DNA from: Octopus vulgaris
Taxonomy: Eukaryota
Assembly: GCA_951406725.2 (NCBI GenBank)
Contig: OX597814.1
Span: 3,224,001-3,288,000, forward strand
DNA: 64,000 nucleotides
Direction: 5' to 3'
This document shows, piece by piece, positions 43,271 to 58,744 of the stretch; the first letter of the stretch is position 1; each line of letters starts with the position of its first letter. The translations under genes were made by a program, and so were the position numbers. The notes below the pieces were generated by a model. That model was not told the origin of the DNA. It worked only from the letters and a program-made list of their open reading frames with translations, and did no database searches.

Positions 43271-43980
43271 TCAAATATTGCTGTATTAGAAATCACAATT
43301 ATTATATTGTCAGAAAAATTATTTTTATTATAGGACAAAAAGCTTTAATGCGGTTAGAACTCAATGCTTTCTTTTCGGCACAGAGTGTCACCGGTAGAAG
43401 CCCTACCATAATATTCTATCAAAGGATACGAGTGACGATGGCATGAAGACAGTTTTGGGTGTAGACAAGGACAATTTGATTAGTTTCTTATGGTGAATTT
43501 TCTCTTTGAGGATTACGACCTGATCTAACTGTACAGCATGATTAGATATTCTTTACCGATTCCGAATAAACCCTATAAGTATGGCTGTGCTGCAGCCGTC
43601 GGCGAACATCACCGTCTGAGATGTACGGAGGGAGGTGAAACAGCCCAATACGAATTCAATGTTTGATTAATGAGTGCACGTTGTGCAAAAGTTATCATGT
43701 GTGCGACAATTCCAACAAGATGAGTCTTCTCTTGTCAGACGAGTATGGCGGAGGATGTCGTGTTATGGACGAAGGTAGAGGTGACGGTTCTAATTCCTCG
43801 TGTCTCAATGTGAAACCTTCACTGTCATATCTTACTTCTCAGAGCTCTCCGTCTTATTTGCTCCAGTTAATTCTGTGAGGGCGGACAGCAACCTGTTGTT
43901 AAAGATCTCACCGGGTCTCTTTTCACAAATTGTAAGACTTGGTACCTAGATGTTAAGTATTGTGGAACATACTTAACACT

Positions 43981-44006
43981 CATTATTATTATTATTATTG
44001 TTATTA

Positions 44007-44041
<35 letters not shown>

Positions 44042-44130
44042 GTTATTATTATTATTATTATTATTATTGTTATTATTGTTATTATTATTATTATTGTTAT
44101 TATTATTGTTGTTATTATTATTATTATTAT

Positions 44131-44175
<45 letters not shown>

Positions 44176-44201
44176 CAGTAGTAGTAGTAGTAGTAGTAGT
44201 G

Positions 44202-44238
<37 letters not shown>

Positions 44239-44264
44239 TAGTAGGAGTAGGAGTAGTTTTATGA

Positions 44265-44322
<58 letters not shown>

Positions 44323-44374
44323 CATTATTATGAATTATTATGATTATTATTGTTATGATTTTTATTGTTATTGT

Positions 44375-44419
<45 letters not shown>

Positions 44420-44490
44420 TTTCATTATTATTATTATTATTATTATTGTTGTTGTTATAATCTTTATTATTGTTGTTATTATTATTATTA
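43981..44490. repeat. Compound (ATT)n/(AGT)n/(AGC)n/(AAT)n trinucleotide array
   Basis: Direct reading; source of several spurious poly-I/L/N/T ORFs. Confidence 0.95.
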
Positions 44491-44786
44491 TGAATTCACT
44501 GGTTTCACGTCAATTTCTCTTGCACCACCGGATGCGCATCTGTGTTGCCCAAGTGAAAATCAGTATTGTCTTTTGTATTTTCTACTTCGCTTCGCTTTCG
44601 CTTTGTTCCGGAATTTATGTTGCTTCCGGTGTTTAATGTAGAGAGTGCTTCGCCTCTTCGTCGCTGCTGTCGCCGGCGTCTTTGTTGAATAAATGTTTTG
44701 TGCGGGTTATTATGTTTTTATGCACTGCGATTGTGTTTCATATATGGTATGTGCGAGTTGTGTTCTGGACAAGTGGTGTGGGCTGT

Positions 44787-44823
<37 letters not shown>

Positions 44824-44995
44824 GGGAGGCACTTGACTAGGGTATGGGTTGCTTGAATCGTTAATAGTGTGTAGAATGTGTGGATAACTCGTTGAGTGAT
44901 TGTTTAATGGCATGGATGGTGTTATATCTGCATCGATTGTGCACGTGACTGTGTTGAGTAGGTTTTGTTTTTAATGGTATTATTTCTGGTTATTG

Positions 44996-45240
44996 AAGGC
45001 GGCGAGCTGGCAGGAACGATAACACGCCGGGCGAAATGCGTAGCCGTATTTCGTCTGCCGTTACGTTCTGAGTTCAAATTCCGCCGAGGTCGACTTTGCC
45101 TTTCATCCTTTCTGGGTCGATAAATTAAGTACCAGTTACGCACTGGGGTCGATATAATCGACTTAATCATTTTGTCTGTCCTTGTTTGTCCCCTCTGTGT
45201 TTAGCCCCTTGTGGGTAGTAAAGAAATAGGTATTTCGTCT
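44996..45240 (+). mobile_element. SINE family B (tail type 1, full length)
   Basis: AAGGCGGCGAGCTGGCAGG...GAGTTCAAATTCCGCCGAGG...TAGCCCCTTGTGGGTAGTAAAGAAATAGGTATTTCGTCT. Confidence 0.88.
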
Positions 45241-45659
45241 GTGTTTAAATACATGGATACAAATAGTGCCGGGAGAGGTACTGTTAGTTACATCGTCCCC
45301 AATGTATTACTGGTACCAATGCAAGTTTCCCTCACGAGAATGACAAGCAAGGTCAACCATGATGCGATATCAAGTAGAAACGTAAAAGAACGTAACTAAA
45401 TACCGCTCTATGGAATTTACCAACCGACCGTTTTATTTTCATTTCAACCACCGCCATCATCGTCAAGCGAGCGGAGGATGAAAAAAAAAAAACAGTTGAA
45501 GTTGTGCCAGAACATGAAATCAAAGTTGGAGAATATCGGAATTTAAAACGGAACAAAATGATTAAAGAAAACCACATTCATACGACCTGAGCCAAACGAA
45601 AGAGAAGATGAAAGAATTCCATTGACGTATTTTGTCGGGTTTTCGTTTTGGGTTTTTCA

Positions 45660-45859
45660 TTCTTTTATTTGTTTCAGTCATTTGACTGCAGCCATGCTGG
45701 AGCAACGCCTTTATTCGAACAAATCGACCCCAGGACTTGTTCTTTGTAAACCTAGTACTCATTCTATCGGTGTTAATTTGCCAAACCGCTAAGTTACGGG
45801 ACGTAAACACACCAACATCGGTTGTCAAGCGATGGTGGCGGACTAACAGAGACACACAA

Positions 45860-45904
<45 letters not shown>

Positions 45905-46125
45905 ACATACACACATATATATATATATATATGTATGTATGTATGTATATATTTATACGACGGGCTTCTTTGAGTCTCCGTCTACCAAATCCACTCATAA
46001 GACTTTGGTCGTCGGTCCAAGGCTATAGTAGAAGACACTTGCTCATGGTGCCACACAGTGGGAGTGAACTCGGAAACATGTGGTTGGTAAGCAAGCTACT
46101 TACCACACAGCCACTCCTGCGCCTA
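45660..46125 (-). mobile_element. SINE family A (full length)
   Basis: Colinear with 5223-5651. Confidence 0.85.
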
Positions 46126-46382
46126 CGTGGCCATTAAAAGAAATGTTTTCTTAGTTCTTATATGGAAAGAGAAGTGAGGATGGAGAGGGAAATGCTCCCT
46201 CTCTCTCTCTTTGTCTCTCTCTCTCTTTCTCTCTCTCCCTCTCTCCGCCATCTTTTATGTAAACTCCGACACAAATAGTAAAATGTCCTGGTAATGTCCT
46301 TCTCAAATGATACCCTTGAGGCAAACAACAGGACCTATCATTACTATGGTTACTGACGTTGAAAATACTAATAAAGCTACTA

Positions 46383-46439
<57 letters not shown>

Positions 46440-46440
46440 G

Positions 46441-46509
<69 letters not shown>

Positions 46510-46922
46510 ACATACATACAACCATTCCCACCGCTCTGTCAGAGGACGTAACTACTAATAAATAAGTTTGAAAATCATATTTGATAAGTGATCGATAGAT
46601 CAATATACTTCAACTAAAATCTTTACCAAATACTTCGCCGAATTTTGTTTTTATATATATTTATTCACTTATTACATTTTTTTTTTTTATTGATATATTA
46701 TTTTATTGATTTGTTTGTTTGTTTATTAACTTCGATCAGTAACGAATGTATCGAACTGTCTTCGATATAACAACGAAGAAATTGGCAAACAAGAGGACGA
46801 TGACGCTGATGATGATGATGATGATGATGATAATGATTTTATAAACACACGTGTTCATGTTGTATATCTGTGCGTAAGCGTATATTTGTACATGCTTACA
46901 CATGGTCATATGACCATATACA

Positions 46923-47069
<147 letters not shown>

Positions 47070-47229
47070 TGTGTGTTTGTGTGTGTGTGTACATACATAT
47101 ATGTATATATAAACGTATATATATATACGTATATGTATATATGTGTGTATATTTATATATATATGCTTATGCATATATATGATGTATATACCTACACATC
47201 CTTTCACATGCATATATCTTTGTCCTGTC

Positions 47230-47287
<58 letters not shown>

Positions 47288-47490
47288 AATGTATCAGTTT
47301 CCCTGCCATGGCTGTTGTGATATTTTGCTCAATAACCTCATGACATATCCTGTAATATAACACAGCCTATCGACTTATCACGTTCCACTGCGCAAATACC
47401 TTCACTGATTCAATTTACATCCTCCTCCTCCCCTCCTCCTCCTCCTCTCCTCCTTCTTCTCCTCCTTCCTATTCATTATTGTTGTTATGA

Positions 47491-48095
47491 GAGGCTGCGA
47501 GCTGGCAGAAACGTTAGCACGCCCGACGAAATGCTTGGCGGTGTTTCGTCTGTCGCTACGCTCTGAGTTCAAATTCCGCCGAGGTCGACTTTGCCTTTCA
47601 TCCTTTCGCGGTCGATAAATTAAGTACCAGTTACGCACTGGAGTCGATATAATCGACTTAATCTGTTTGTCTGTCCTTGTTTGTCCCCTCTTTGTTTAGC
47701 CCCTTGTGGGTAGTAAAGAAAAAGGTATTTCGTCTGTCTTTATGTTCTGAGTTCAAATTCCACCGAGGTTGACTTTGCCTTTCAGCCTTTCAGGGTCGAT
47801 AAAGTAAAGTACCAGTTGCACACTGGGATCAATCTAATCGACTGCCCTCCTCCCCCAAAAGTTCGCGGCTTGTGCCTTGAGTAGAAAAGAAATGTTAGCG
47901 TGTCAGGAAAGGTATTCAGTGGTATCTCTTCCGACTCTTTACGTTAAGAGTTCAAATAACGCGAAGGTCGACTTCACCCTGCATCCATCCTAGGGTCGAC
48001 AAAATAAAGTATTAGCCAAGTACTGGTGTCAGTGGCATCGACCTACCCCTTCTCCCTAAGATTGGTAGCTTTGTACCAAAAATTGAAACGATTAT
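47491..48095 (+). mobile_element. Tandem SINE family B array (tail-1 unit, headless tail-2 unit, diverged unit)
   Basis: Three successive GAGTTCAAAT...GAGGTCGACTT...GGGTCGA-type bodies at about 47565, 47748 and 47948. Confidence 0.8.
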
Positions 48096-48210
48096 CTTTA
48101 TTTACATTACACACATATCATTATACCTACACTCACACACACAAATACACACACATATGTACATGTATATACATATACATACATGTACACATCTATATTA
48201 GACACATTGT

Positions 48211-48526
48211 GAAGGCGCGTGGTTAGGGCATTCGGCTCGCGATCGTAAGGTCTTGAGTTCACCTCCCGGTGGCACACGGTGTCCTTGAGCAAGACACTTT
48301 ACTTTACATTGCTCCATTCCACTCAGCTGGCAAAAATGAGTTGTACCAGTAATTCAAAGGGGCCAGCCTTGTCACATTCTGTGTCACGCTGAATCTCCCC
48401 GAGAACTACGTTAATGGTACACGTGTCTGTGGTGTACTCAGCCACTTGCACGTTAATTTTACGAGCAGGCTGTTCCGTAGGTCGTATCAGCTGGGATCCT
48501 CGTCGTCGTAACCGGCTGAGTGCTCC
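48211..48526 (+). mobile_element. tRNA-derived SINE, family C
   Basis: GAAGGCGCGTGG head, GAGTTCAC B-box-like motif, CORE-like GTGTCCTTGAGCAAGACACT, CCACTCAGCTGGCAAAAATGAGT. Related copies at 58745-58950 (+), 21250-21459 (-), 26165-26270 (-) and a diverged one near 18290. Confidence 0.75.
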
Positions 48527-48684
48527 TAGACACATTATAATGCATGAGCGTCCATATAGTAATACACACACAGTTATGTGTACATGTAAAATAAATTAAT
48601 TATACAAACAAGCATAATTATACAAACGTACATACATAGATACATATATGCGCGTGCTCGTGGGTGTGTGTGTGTGTGTGCATG

Positions 48685-48741
<57 letters not shown>

Positions 48742-48861
48742 GATGATATTTCAGTAAATGATTAATAGAAAACAGGGTGTTCGTTTGTAAGTGGAATGAA
48801 CATAAATAGATATTATATTTCAAGTTTAGGAAAGTAAAGTAGATTGTTACTTAGGTGTAAT

Positions 48862-48898
<37 letters not shown>

Positions 48899-49154
48899 AC
48901 ACATACATATATATCCCTCGTACACACTCTCATACCTGTAAATATGTCTGTCTCGCCTTCCTTCTCACTATCATTCTGTAAGTTTTTGTGTGTATGTGTG
49001 TGTGTATATATATATATACACACACACATACATATATATTCCTACAAATGCTCACAGACGTACACACATATACATATATGTGTATGTGTATACAGCTCTC
49101 TATGAATATATATATATATATACATAAATGTAAATGTCTATGTATAAATGCGTT

Positions 49155-49256
<102 letters not shown>

Positions 49257-49660
49257 CTCAGTATACACATACACGTATACACCTACCCACTCACAAACAG
49301 AGGCAGTTAAGCACAGCTAAATAACTTACGGCACCCATGCAAGCTAAGTGGTCTTAAATAAAGACACCTAATTATATTACGTGGCCCTTCTTTCCATGAC
49401 CGCCTCCTCTTGCGTAATTGCATCACCGTAAGAGGAGCAAATCAATTAAACACAAACTGTGACTGTGTGGTAGTCATGCATTTCTGAAATGATTTTACTA
49501 TTAAAAAGGAAATAAATTAGATTAAATCGAAAACCGAAACCCGGCTCCCGCAAATATTGCCCGTCGGGTATTTTCTGATCATTCTCAGATGTTCCTTCAT
49601 CCATCCATCCATCCATACATACATACATACAAATATACACATATATATGTCTGTATATAT

Positions 49661-49722
<62 letters not shown>

Positions 49723-49918
49723 GTACACGTATAGATGTGCATATATAACATATGCATATATATATAGATATAGATACATACATATATACGTATATATATA
49801 TATATATACGCATATATAGACACATACATATATGCATATACATACCCATATATACATACATATTCATATGTATATATATATATATATATGTGTGTATGTG
49901 TGTGAGTGGCTGTATATG

Positions 49919-49949
<31 letters not shown>

Positions 49950-50482
49950 ATGACAGTAGCCATACGCAAATATATACATACGAGCATAGACACATATACT
50001 CATACACACACATATACACCATCATTAAATACATACACACGCGACTCAGCCAGCAAGAGATGAGCTACCACATTACCGTTCATGCAGCTCGATATGGCAG
50101 GCAACTCTCCCTCGAACCACACGCCGCTAACTATACACACTGTCCAGTGTCTCATAAGCGCAGAGGCTGGGTGACACGGAGTTCTCCTGCATACGGGTGG
50201 AAAATAGACGGCATTGCTACGGGTTTACGAGTCTTCCCCAACAGATCTAATTTGGGGATAAACAAGAATATACACGTGCACACACACACACACTTATACA
50301 TATATATATATATATTTGTGGTATTATATATACTTATTCATAGACTGATGCGGTTATCACAGAAAGCTCTTCCAGCAGACCCGGTTAGCAGATCACACAG
50401 TAATCATCCTATACGGAGGAGTATCCATGCAGCTGAAATCTAGGAGATCCGATCGGTGAGATTATTTCATGATGAGAGCACA

Positions 50483-50895
50483 AACCATAGAAATTCAGGA
50501 GGTGAATCTATTTATTTAACCATTTATCATCCTTAGGGTAACGGCCGTTTCGTAGCTTTCATTATGTAATAATAATTTAAGTATATAAAAAATTATATTT
50601 ACATGTCTGAAATATTTGAGGAGGGCGGTAGTCGATTACACTGACCTCTAGAATTGAAGCATTCAGGTAAACACGGTGTTCTTGAGCTATTTTTCTTTAT
50701 CTGCACTGATTTGTAATTATATAATTGTATTGTTTAATACGTTGCATGCATAATCGTGCAGGTATGTAAAAATAATTTATTATATGCTGAAATTATTATT
50801 ACCTGAAGAAAGGCTGCGAAACAGCTGTAATCCTAAGAATAAACAATGGTTAAATAAATTTATTCACCTCTCATACTTCCTGAATTTTTATGGTT
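50483..50895. mobile_element. Old inverted pair of Penelope-like terminal repeats with degenerate minimal hammerhead motifs
   Basis: 50483-50604 is an imperfect inverted copy of 50764-50895. The right arm has CTGAAGA..GAAACAGCTGTA; the left arm (minus strand) has GAAACGGCCGTT. Confidence 0.55.
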
Positions 50896-50920
50896 AGTAA
50901 GCAGATAGACACACAGAGAC

Positions 50921-50963
50921 AGATAGGTAGGTAGGTAGGTAGGTAGGTAGGTAGGTAGGTAGG

Positions 50964-51056
<93 letters not shown>

Positions 51057-51109
51057 GGATGGATGGATGGATGGATGGATGGATGGATGGATGGATGGAT
51101 GGATGGATG

Positions 51110-51188
<79 letters not shown>

Positions 51189-51204
51189 GATGGATGGATA
51201 GATG

Positions 51205-51280
<76 letters not shown>
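50921..51280. repeat. Compound (AGGT)n(AGAT)n(GGAT)n microsatellite
   Basis: Direct reading. Confidence 0.95.
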
Positions 51281-51392
51281 TTGTTTGGAGGGAACGAATA
51301 AGAATCTTATCTGTAAGTGTAAGATATGACTTATCTGAGGATCGTGTTCACATAGAGGTGAAGCTCAGATTAAAACAGAGACTGACTCGGCT

Positions 51393-51452
<60 letters not shown>

Positions 51453-51486
51453 CGTTAATTACTCATTATATCGACGGTCAACATTA

Positions 51487-51532
<46 letters not shown>

Positions 51533-51840
51533 CATACACATACACGACAACGTGGAAGTTTGACTACAACTGTAACAAAGTACCAAAGTGACTTAAAATC
51601 TCGGCGCATGCGCTTGTCGATGTAGAGATATGGATATGGTAAATATCTGATCTGCTTTCGTAGGAAACAACAAAATCTGGGTTAATATAGAATATTAACA
51701 AAATATAAACGAGAATGGCAACAACAGCTGTATGGGGTTTGTTGGAGAGAGGTGTAGGGCCAAGCTAAAGTACAACGGCGTGTGTATGACACATCTCACG
51801 CCTCACATGTGTTCTCTACGTGTGTGTGTGCGAGTGCATG

Positions 51841-51887
<47 letters not shown>

Positions 51888-52044
51888 ATGAATATTTTTA
51901 TATGCATATTTGTGTGTGTGTGTAAATATATGCACAAACAGATATAGACACAAATATTCTCAGACACATACATGTGCGGATGATTATGCATACTATGTAA
52001 TCATGCATATTTACATATTCACACAAATATCTCTCTCTCCCTCT

Positions 52045-52113
<69 letters not shown>

Positions 52114-52159
52114 TATACATACATATATATATGCATATATATATGTCTATATATGTATA

Positions 52160-52207
<48 letters not shown>

Positions 52208-52780
52208 TATGGTATATAAATGTACAATAGAGAGAAACAGCAGTACAAAGTATATACATACACACATACAGCATTCCACAATTTAGTTTACAAAAGATCT
52301 ATATGTTTGTGTATATGTGTATATATATAAGCACTCACACATACACACGAGCGTTTACGCGCACTCCCTCCCAGATATATCCACGCACACAACACATTCT
52401 GCATAAATTTTATTTCCAATTTTTTTTTTTTCCTACCGATTTTAATAAATAATAGAAGAGGGTAGCGAAGTAACACTGGAATCGGTGGATTTTCTTGATA
52501 AGATTCTTCACTAACTTTATCTTAACAAGGAAAGATAATGTCGACTTTAAGAAATAAAACATACAGTCACCCGCCTAGTTTTTTTTCTATTATTATTAAC
52601 ACACGCAGCTGCATACATACACACAGGCGCACACATAGACACGCGCAGAACAATTGTATATGTCTATATTACAAAATTGCTGTATAACAAAGCATTTTTG
52701 TGCATGAATATACATACGTACACAACACACGTACGTATTTACGTATATACATATAAACATATAAATGAATTTGTGTGTGC

Positions 52781-52865
<85 letters not shown>

Positions 52866-53122
52866 TATATCCTCACATAAAGAATTTACAGATGTATATA
52901 TATATATATATATGCACACATTCACATTTTTCTGTGCAAATACACAACAATATGTATTTGCACATAGATATGTGTGTGTGTATATATATATACATTCAGA
53001 GAGAGAGATATACACACAGACACACACACATATATACATATATGATATTCATATAGACACACACACACATATATGTATATGATATTCATTTAGACACATA
53101 CATACATTACATCATATACATA

Positions 53123-53210
<88 letters not shown>

Positions 53211-53271
53211 TATACATATATATATATATATATACATATATACATATATACATATATACATATATATATAT

Positions 53272-53443
<172 letters not shown>

Positions 53444-54232
53444 CATACGCACTTTTCCTTCTAAATCTTTATTTATGTACATATTTGCTTATTCTTACTC
53501 TTTGCATTTCGATATGGAACCGAAGAAAGAGAATATTACAAGAAAATCTTGAATATTCGCAGATTCTGGTGGTGGAGACGACGTTGGCGATGTTAGAAAC
53601 GAATAGATAAATACATAAGTAAAGGTAAGAATTCTATGCCTGAAGATGAAAGGCTGCGTACAACGAAGATTTTAGATTTGAAGAATTTGGTGAATTTTTT
53701 CTTTCCTTTTCTTTTTCCCTTGACTTTTGTAAACTCTTCTTCTTTTGCTTGCTCTTCTGTTGCTTGTCATTGGATACACGTTTATGGTTGTTGTTCTTGT
53801 TGTTGTCGAAGTTGATGTTTTAGTATTGTAGGTTTTTGGAGCTGGAGATCGAATGATGTTTAAAAAATGGCAAATAGATTGGGGGAAACACGTGTGTGTG
53901 CGTGTGTGTGTGTGTGCATGTGTGTATACGCACACATATATAGTCTAATATTTGAACGTGTACCATATACATATGCTGGACCATATTGCTGTTTTAAACG
54001 TACGCAATATGCATGTGTGCGCGTGTGAAACTCAATATGGATATATTCATCAATGTGTACTTATGTATATGTGTGTGTGTGTGTTTTATTGATTGTTTTT
54101 ATGTCAGGCTACATATAAGATAATTGAACATTAAACTAAAGGGTTACGCAATCCTTTTTAACATATTTATTAACTTAACCAAAGGAAATATTGGCAAAGA
54201 CTTGCTCTGTTTCACCTCGCTCACCTTCACCA

Positions 54233-54270
<38 letters not shown>

Positions 54271-54444
54271 GAAATACGAGACTTGAAAAACAGCCAGCGA
54301 CTGATGAAGGGTCGTTCTTTATGTTTGTTTTGTTTTCCATTTGTGTCTTATGTTGTTCGAAGGAATAGTTCCTGTTCCATGTACTTGTGCTTCGTATTTT
54401 TTGTTGAACACGTTTCGTGACGTCCTGTGCCCACATAAGCATTC

Positions 54445-54509
<65 letters not shown>

Positions 54510-54759
54510 TGTATGTATGTATGTATGTATATACATACACATAAATGAATATATATATCAAATATATATACACATGTAGATATAAATATAGACGACGTAT
54601 TTGTTTGGCATATAAATCGAAATTTTCAGACAAAAATTTATAACCAAAAATGTAGGTTGATTTATACACTGACATCTTTGGAGAACCATAAATTCTTTGC
54701 ATCAGAATTAAGAAAGATAGTGACCAGTGACCATATTTGAATGTTTACACTACTCCGGA

Positions 54760-54829
<70 letters not shown>

Positions 54830-54880
54830 ACCTGTCTTCGTCTTATGTTTTCGGTAAGTTTGAACTATATATATATATAT

Positions 54881-55180
54881 AACTTAGATATGTTTCGAAC
54901 GAACATTGGTCCAGGCCATGTCTAACTGAATAGCATCACCTGATAGGATTATCTAAATCCTGTTTAAGTCAAGTTTTGTGGTATTATGGTCCATTCAAGT
55001 AGTGAGTTCTTGTTGAGTGTGTTGTAACCAGGTATGGGTGGCTTATCTGGTATTCCTTGAAGACATTTGGCCAAATTCCGTTTAAAGGTGATGGGATTCT
55101 TTTCCTCTTTGATCAGTTTTGGGACAATATTACACAGGGCAGGGCCTGTTGAGGAAAAGAGATTGTGTCGCATTGTACCT
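54881..55180 (-). mobile_element. 3' end of a CR1/L2-group LINE
   Basis: Frame ...[56 protein letters not shown] resembles CR1-group ORF2 C-termini. It is followed by a 3' tail (CATGGCC...GAAAC) and flanked by (TA)n. Confidence 0.65.
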
Positions 55181-55219
55181 ATATATATTTCTATATGTAT
55201 GTGTGTGCTTAAATGAATG

Positions 55220-55668
<449 letters not shown>

Positions 55669-56244
55669 GATTTCAATTAATGTAGAAATTGATCTGACCT
55701 GATAAACGTTTTATAGTGAAATTTAAAGTTCAATAAAATGACTTATGGATATTTTTTTTACAAAATATTGGTTTTGTATTTCGCGAAAATAGATTTATAC
55801 TATTCAATTTCTAGTCTAATTTCTTAAAAAGTATTAAAATATGTAAGACAACACATTTATAGCCCCTTGATCTGGTATCCTCTGTTGCATATACTTTGTC
55901 AGAAATTGATATATATGAAGGCTCTGTTTTTTCTAAGCATTTTTACGTATATGGACAGTTGTGGTGTCCACCGTTTCGGCTGCAACCAGTATTTTTTACC
56001 GTTCTGGTTCCAAAATTAAAATGTTTATCATTTCTTGAAGGGATTCTTGTTTTAATTTAATCTTATCCAAAACTATTTTCGCTAAATTAATATCAAAATG
56101 ACAAAAGTTTCTGATTTCATAATTTATTTCAAATTTCATATATTTCCTAATTCATTTCAAAATCAATTAGTAAATCGGACAGGAGGAGGTTATTAAGACC
56201 ATTGAAAACAACTGTAATATCCCGTTTCATCAACTTATACACAC

Positions 56245-56305
<61 letters not shown>

Positions 56306-56356
56306 AACAAAAGTAGAGACCTCGATATTAAGTAAAAGAAAACTTACTGTTTGTCG

Positions 56357-56422
<66 letters not shown>

Positions 56423-56479
56423 CGATAGGACAAACAGTAAGTTGTCTTTTACTTAATATCGAGGTCTCATACTTTTGTT
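56306..56479. repeat. Inverted repeat (fold-back) with a self-complementary microsatellite centre
   Basis: AACAAAAGTAGAGACCTCGATATTAAGTAAAAGAAAACTTACTGTTTGTC-(CT)n(AT)n(AG)n-GACAAACAGTAAGTTGTCTTTTACTTAATATCGAGGTCTCATACTTTTGTT. Confidence 0.9.
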
Positions 56480-56534
56480 GCCACTTTTTATTATTATCAT
56501 TATTATTATTATTATTATTATTACCATTATTATT

Positions 56535-56569
<35 letters not shown>

Positions 56570-56570
56570 C

Positions 56571-56620
<50 letters not shown>

Positions 56621-56691
56621 CATTATCATTATTATCATTATCTTTATCATTATTAATATTATTATTATTTTCATTCTCATTATTATCATTG

Positions 56692-56740
<49 letters not shown>

Positions 56741-56950
56741 TATCATTGTCATTATCATTATTATTATTATATGATCGTAGTAACAAACAAGGAAGAATTC
56801 GCTTTTAAAATCAAAAGTCGTATTACTTAAATTATTCGCCTTTTTGCAATATGACCATATGATGTTTCTGCCATTTCTCCTTCTGAGGAATCTCATCCAT
56901 AAAGAGGACTTTTGAAACATTTTCAGCAAATTGCATGAAAAACGGCTAAT

Positions 56951-57009
<59 letters not shown>

Positions 57010-57357
57010 GCGCACACACAGATTCACACAAACATAAATGCATACACACTCACCCTCATATAAATGCAGTTGGATAAACATATTACTACGCACGAGCGCG
57101 TGTGCTTGTGTGTGTTTGTGTGTGTGTGTATGTGTGTGTGTGTGTGATACGTGGAAACATCATTTATAAAGTGGTGTACCGAGGCTTACATACGTCTAGA
57201 GTTTTTTTTATATATTTTAGTATTCTTTTGCTGCAGCTTCCTTAATTAGCAATTTTAATCAAGATCCTGTAATAACGACACTCTTCCTAAATGGTTGAAG
57301 GTTCTACGAGGTTGATGTCGTCTCAACTCTGTTTATATCCTCAGGTTTAGCATTCCT

Positions 57358-57424
<67 letters not shown>

Positions 57425-58273
57425 TACATACGTACGTACACGAATGCGTGTACATACACATCTGTGTTCTACATGAAAATATAGATACATAGATACATAC
57501 ACAGACACACACAAACACACACACATACATACATACACGTGCACATACATGCATACTGTTAGGAGCACATTTTCTAGATCGAGATCAATATTCTTGTACT
57601 GCAAGGAGGCAACAGACGAAATAATCTGAAGAATTGAGGATAAATTTATAATGAACAACACATACAGAAACACACACACACACACATACACATGCACACA
57701 CACACACACACACATGCACATATGCTCACTCACGCACTCGCGCGCTCGCGCAGGCACACACAAGCACACACATGCACATTCTTGGCGCATACGCACAGCT
57801 ATATATGTGTAGAAGAATTCTGAAGAGAATGGAATGTTTTAAAGGTTTTTCACAAACAGACGTCAGAGGCAGGGAGAGGGCAAAATGTTATTCTAGAAAC
57901 CAGGTAAATACACCAACTGACCACAGATCAGCCGGTCAAAGCAAACACTAACAGATTAAGCAGCCTACCCGGCCAGGCACCCGATCCATTCATAAAAACC
58001 ATCGAAAAGAGAACAAAAGTCGGCAAAAACACCACGTTTGTTGTTTTTAATGAATGACTATAGGTATGTGTATATGGGAGAGGAGGAGAAAGAGGAGGAG
58101 GAGGAGGAGAAGAAGAAGGAGGGGAAGGGGAGGAGGAGGTGGAAGTGGTTGAATAAGAGGAAGGAGGAATGGGGTATGAAGTTTGTAGTGAAGGGTACTA
58201 GATAAGGGTACACGGGCATTGTTATGATAAGCAGTATTGTGTTAGATAGCAGGTGAGAGCATATAGAGACGAC

Positions 58274-58365
<92 letters not shown>

Positions 58366-58744
58366 TAGATCAGAGTGCAACAACCGTGTTTGAAAATAAT
58401 GTTTATATTTAAATGAGGTTATATTAATTAAAATCTCATTGAATTTGATTCATCATTAATGAGGGGCTGTTTAATTGCTTTACAGTGTATCAAGGTTTAT
58501 TGTTGTTGTTTTTTAAAGCTCAAGGCAAATCAGGACCGAGCAGTGCTGCGTTTACAGCCGTGACCATCACACAAACATTTTTTTAACGCACATAATGTAA
58601 CTTGGAGTACATTGGCTAAAGTTTCTTTACTCCATATTCTTGTAGCAAATCCAGACAGACCCTTAACAAGTAGACCCACGATAAAAACTTATTTTTTCCT
58701 TTATTTTATCATATTTTATTTATATATTTATGGGCCTATTTTTT

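Noticed and set aside
43400-43950. GC-richer segment upstream of the zinc-finger exon as the preceding GATA exon
   Set aside because: The candidate donor at about 43556 gives an in-frame stop, the other minus frames I checked also hit stops, and there is no GATA-like peptide; it may be regulatory.
55670-56245. AT-rich unique segment between (TA)n arrays, possibly a decayed transposon ORF
   Set aside because: The frame I examined has multiple stops and no motif I can name.
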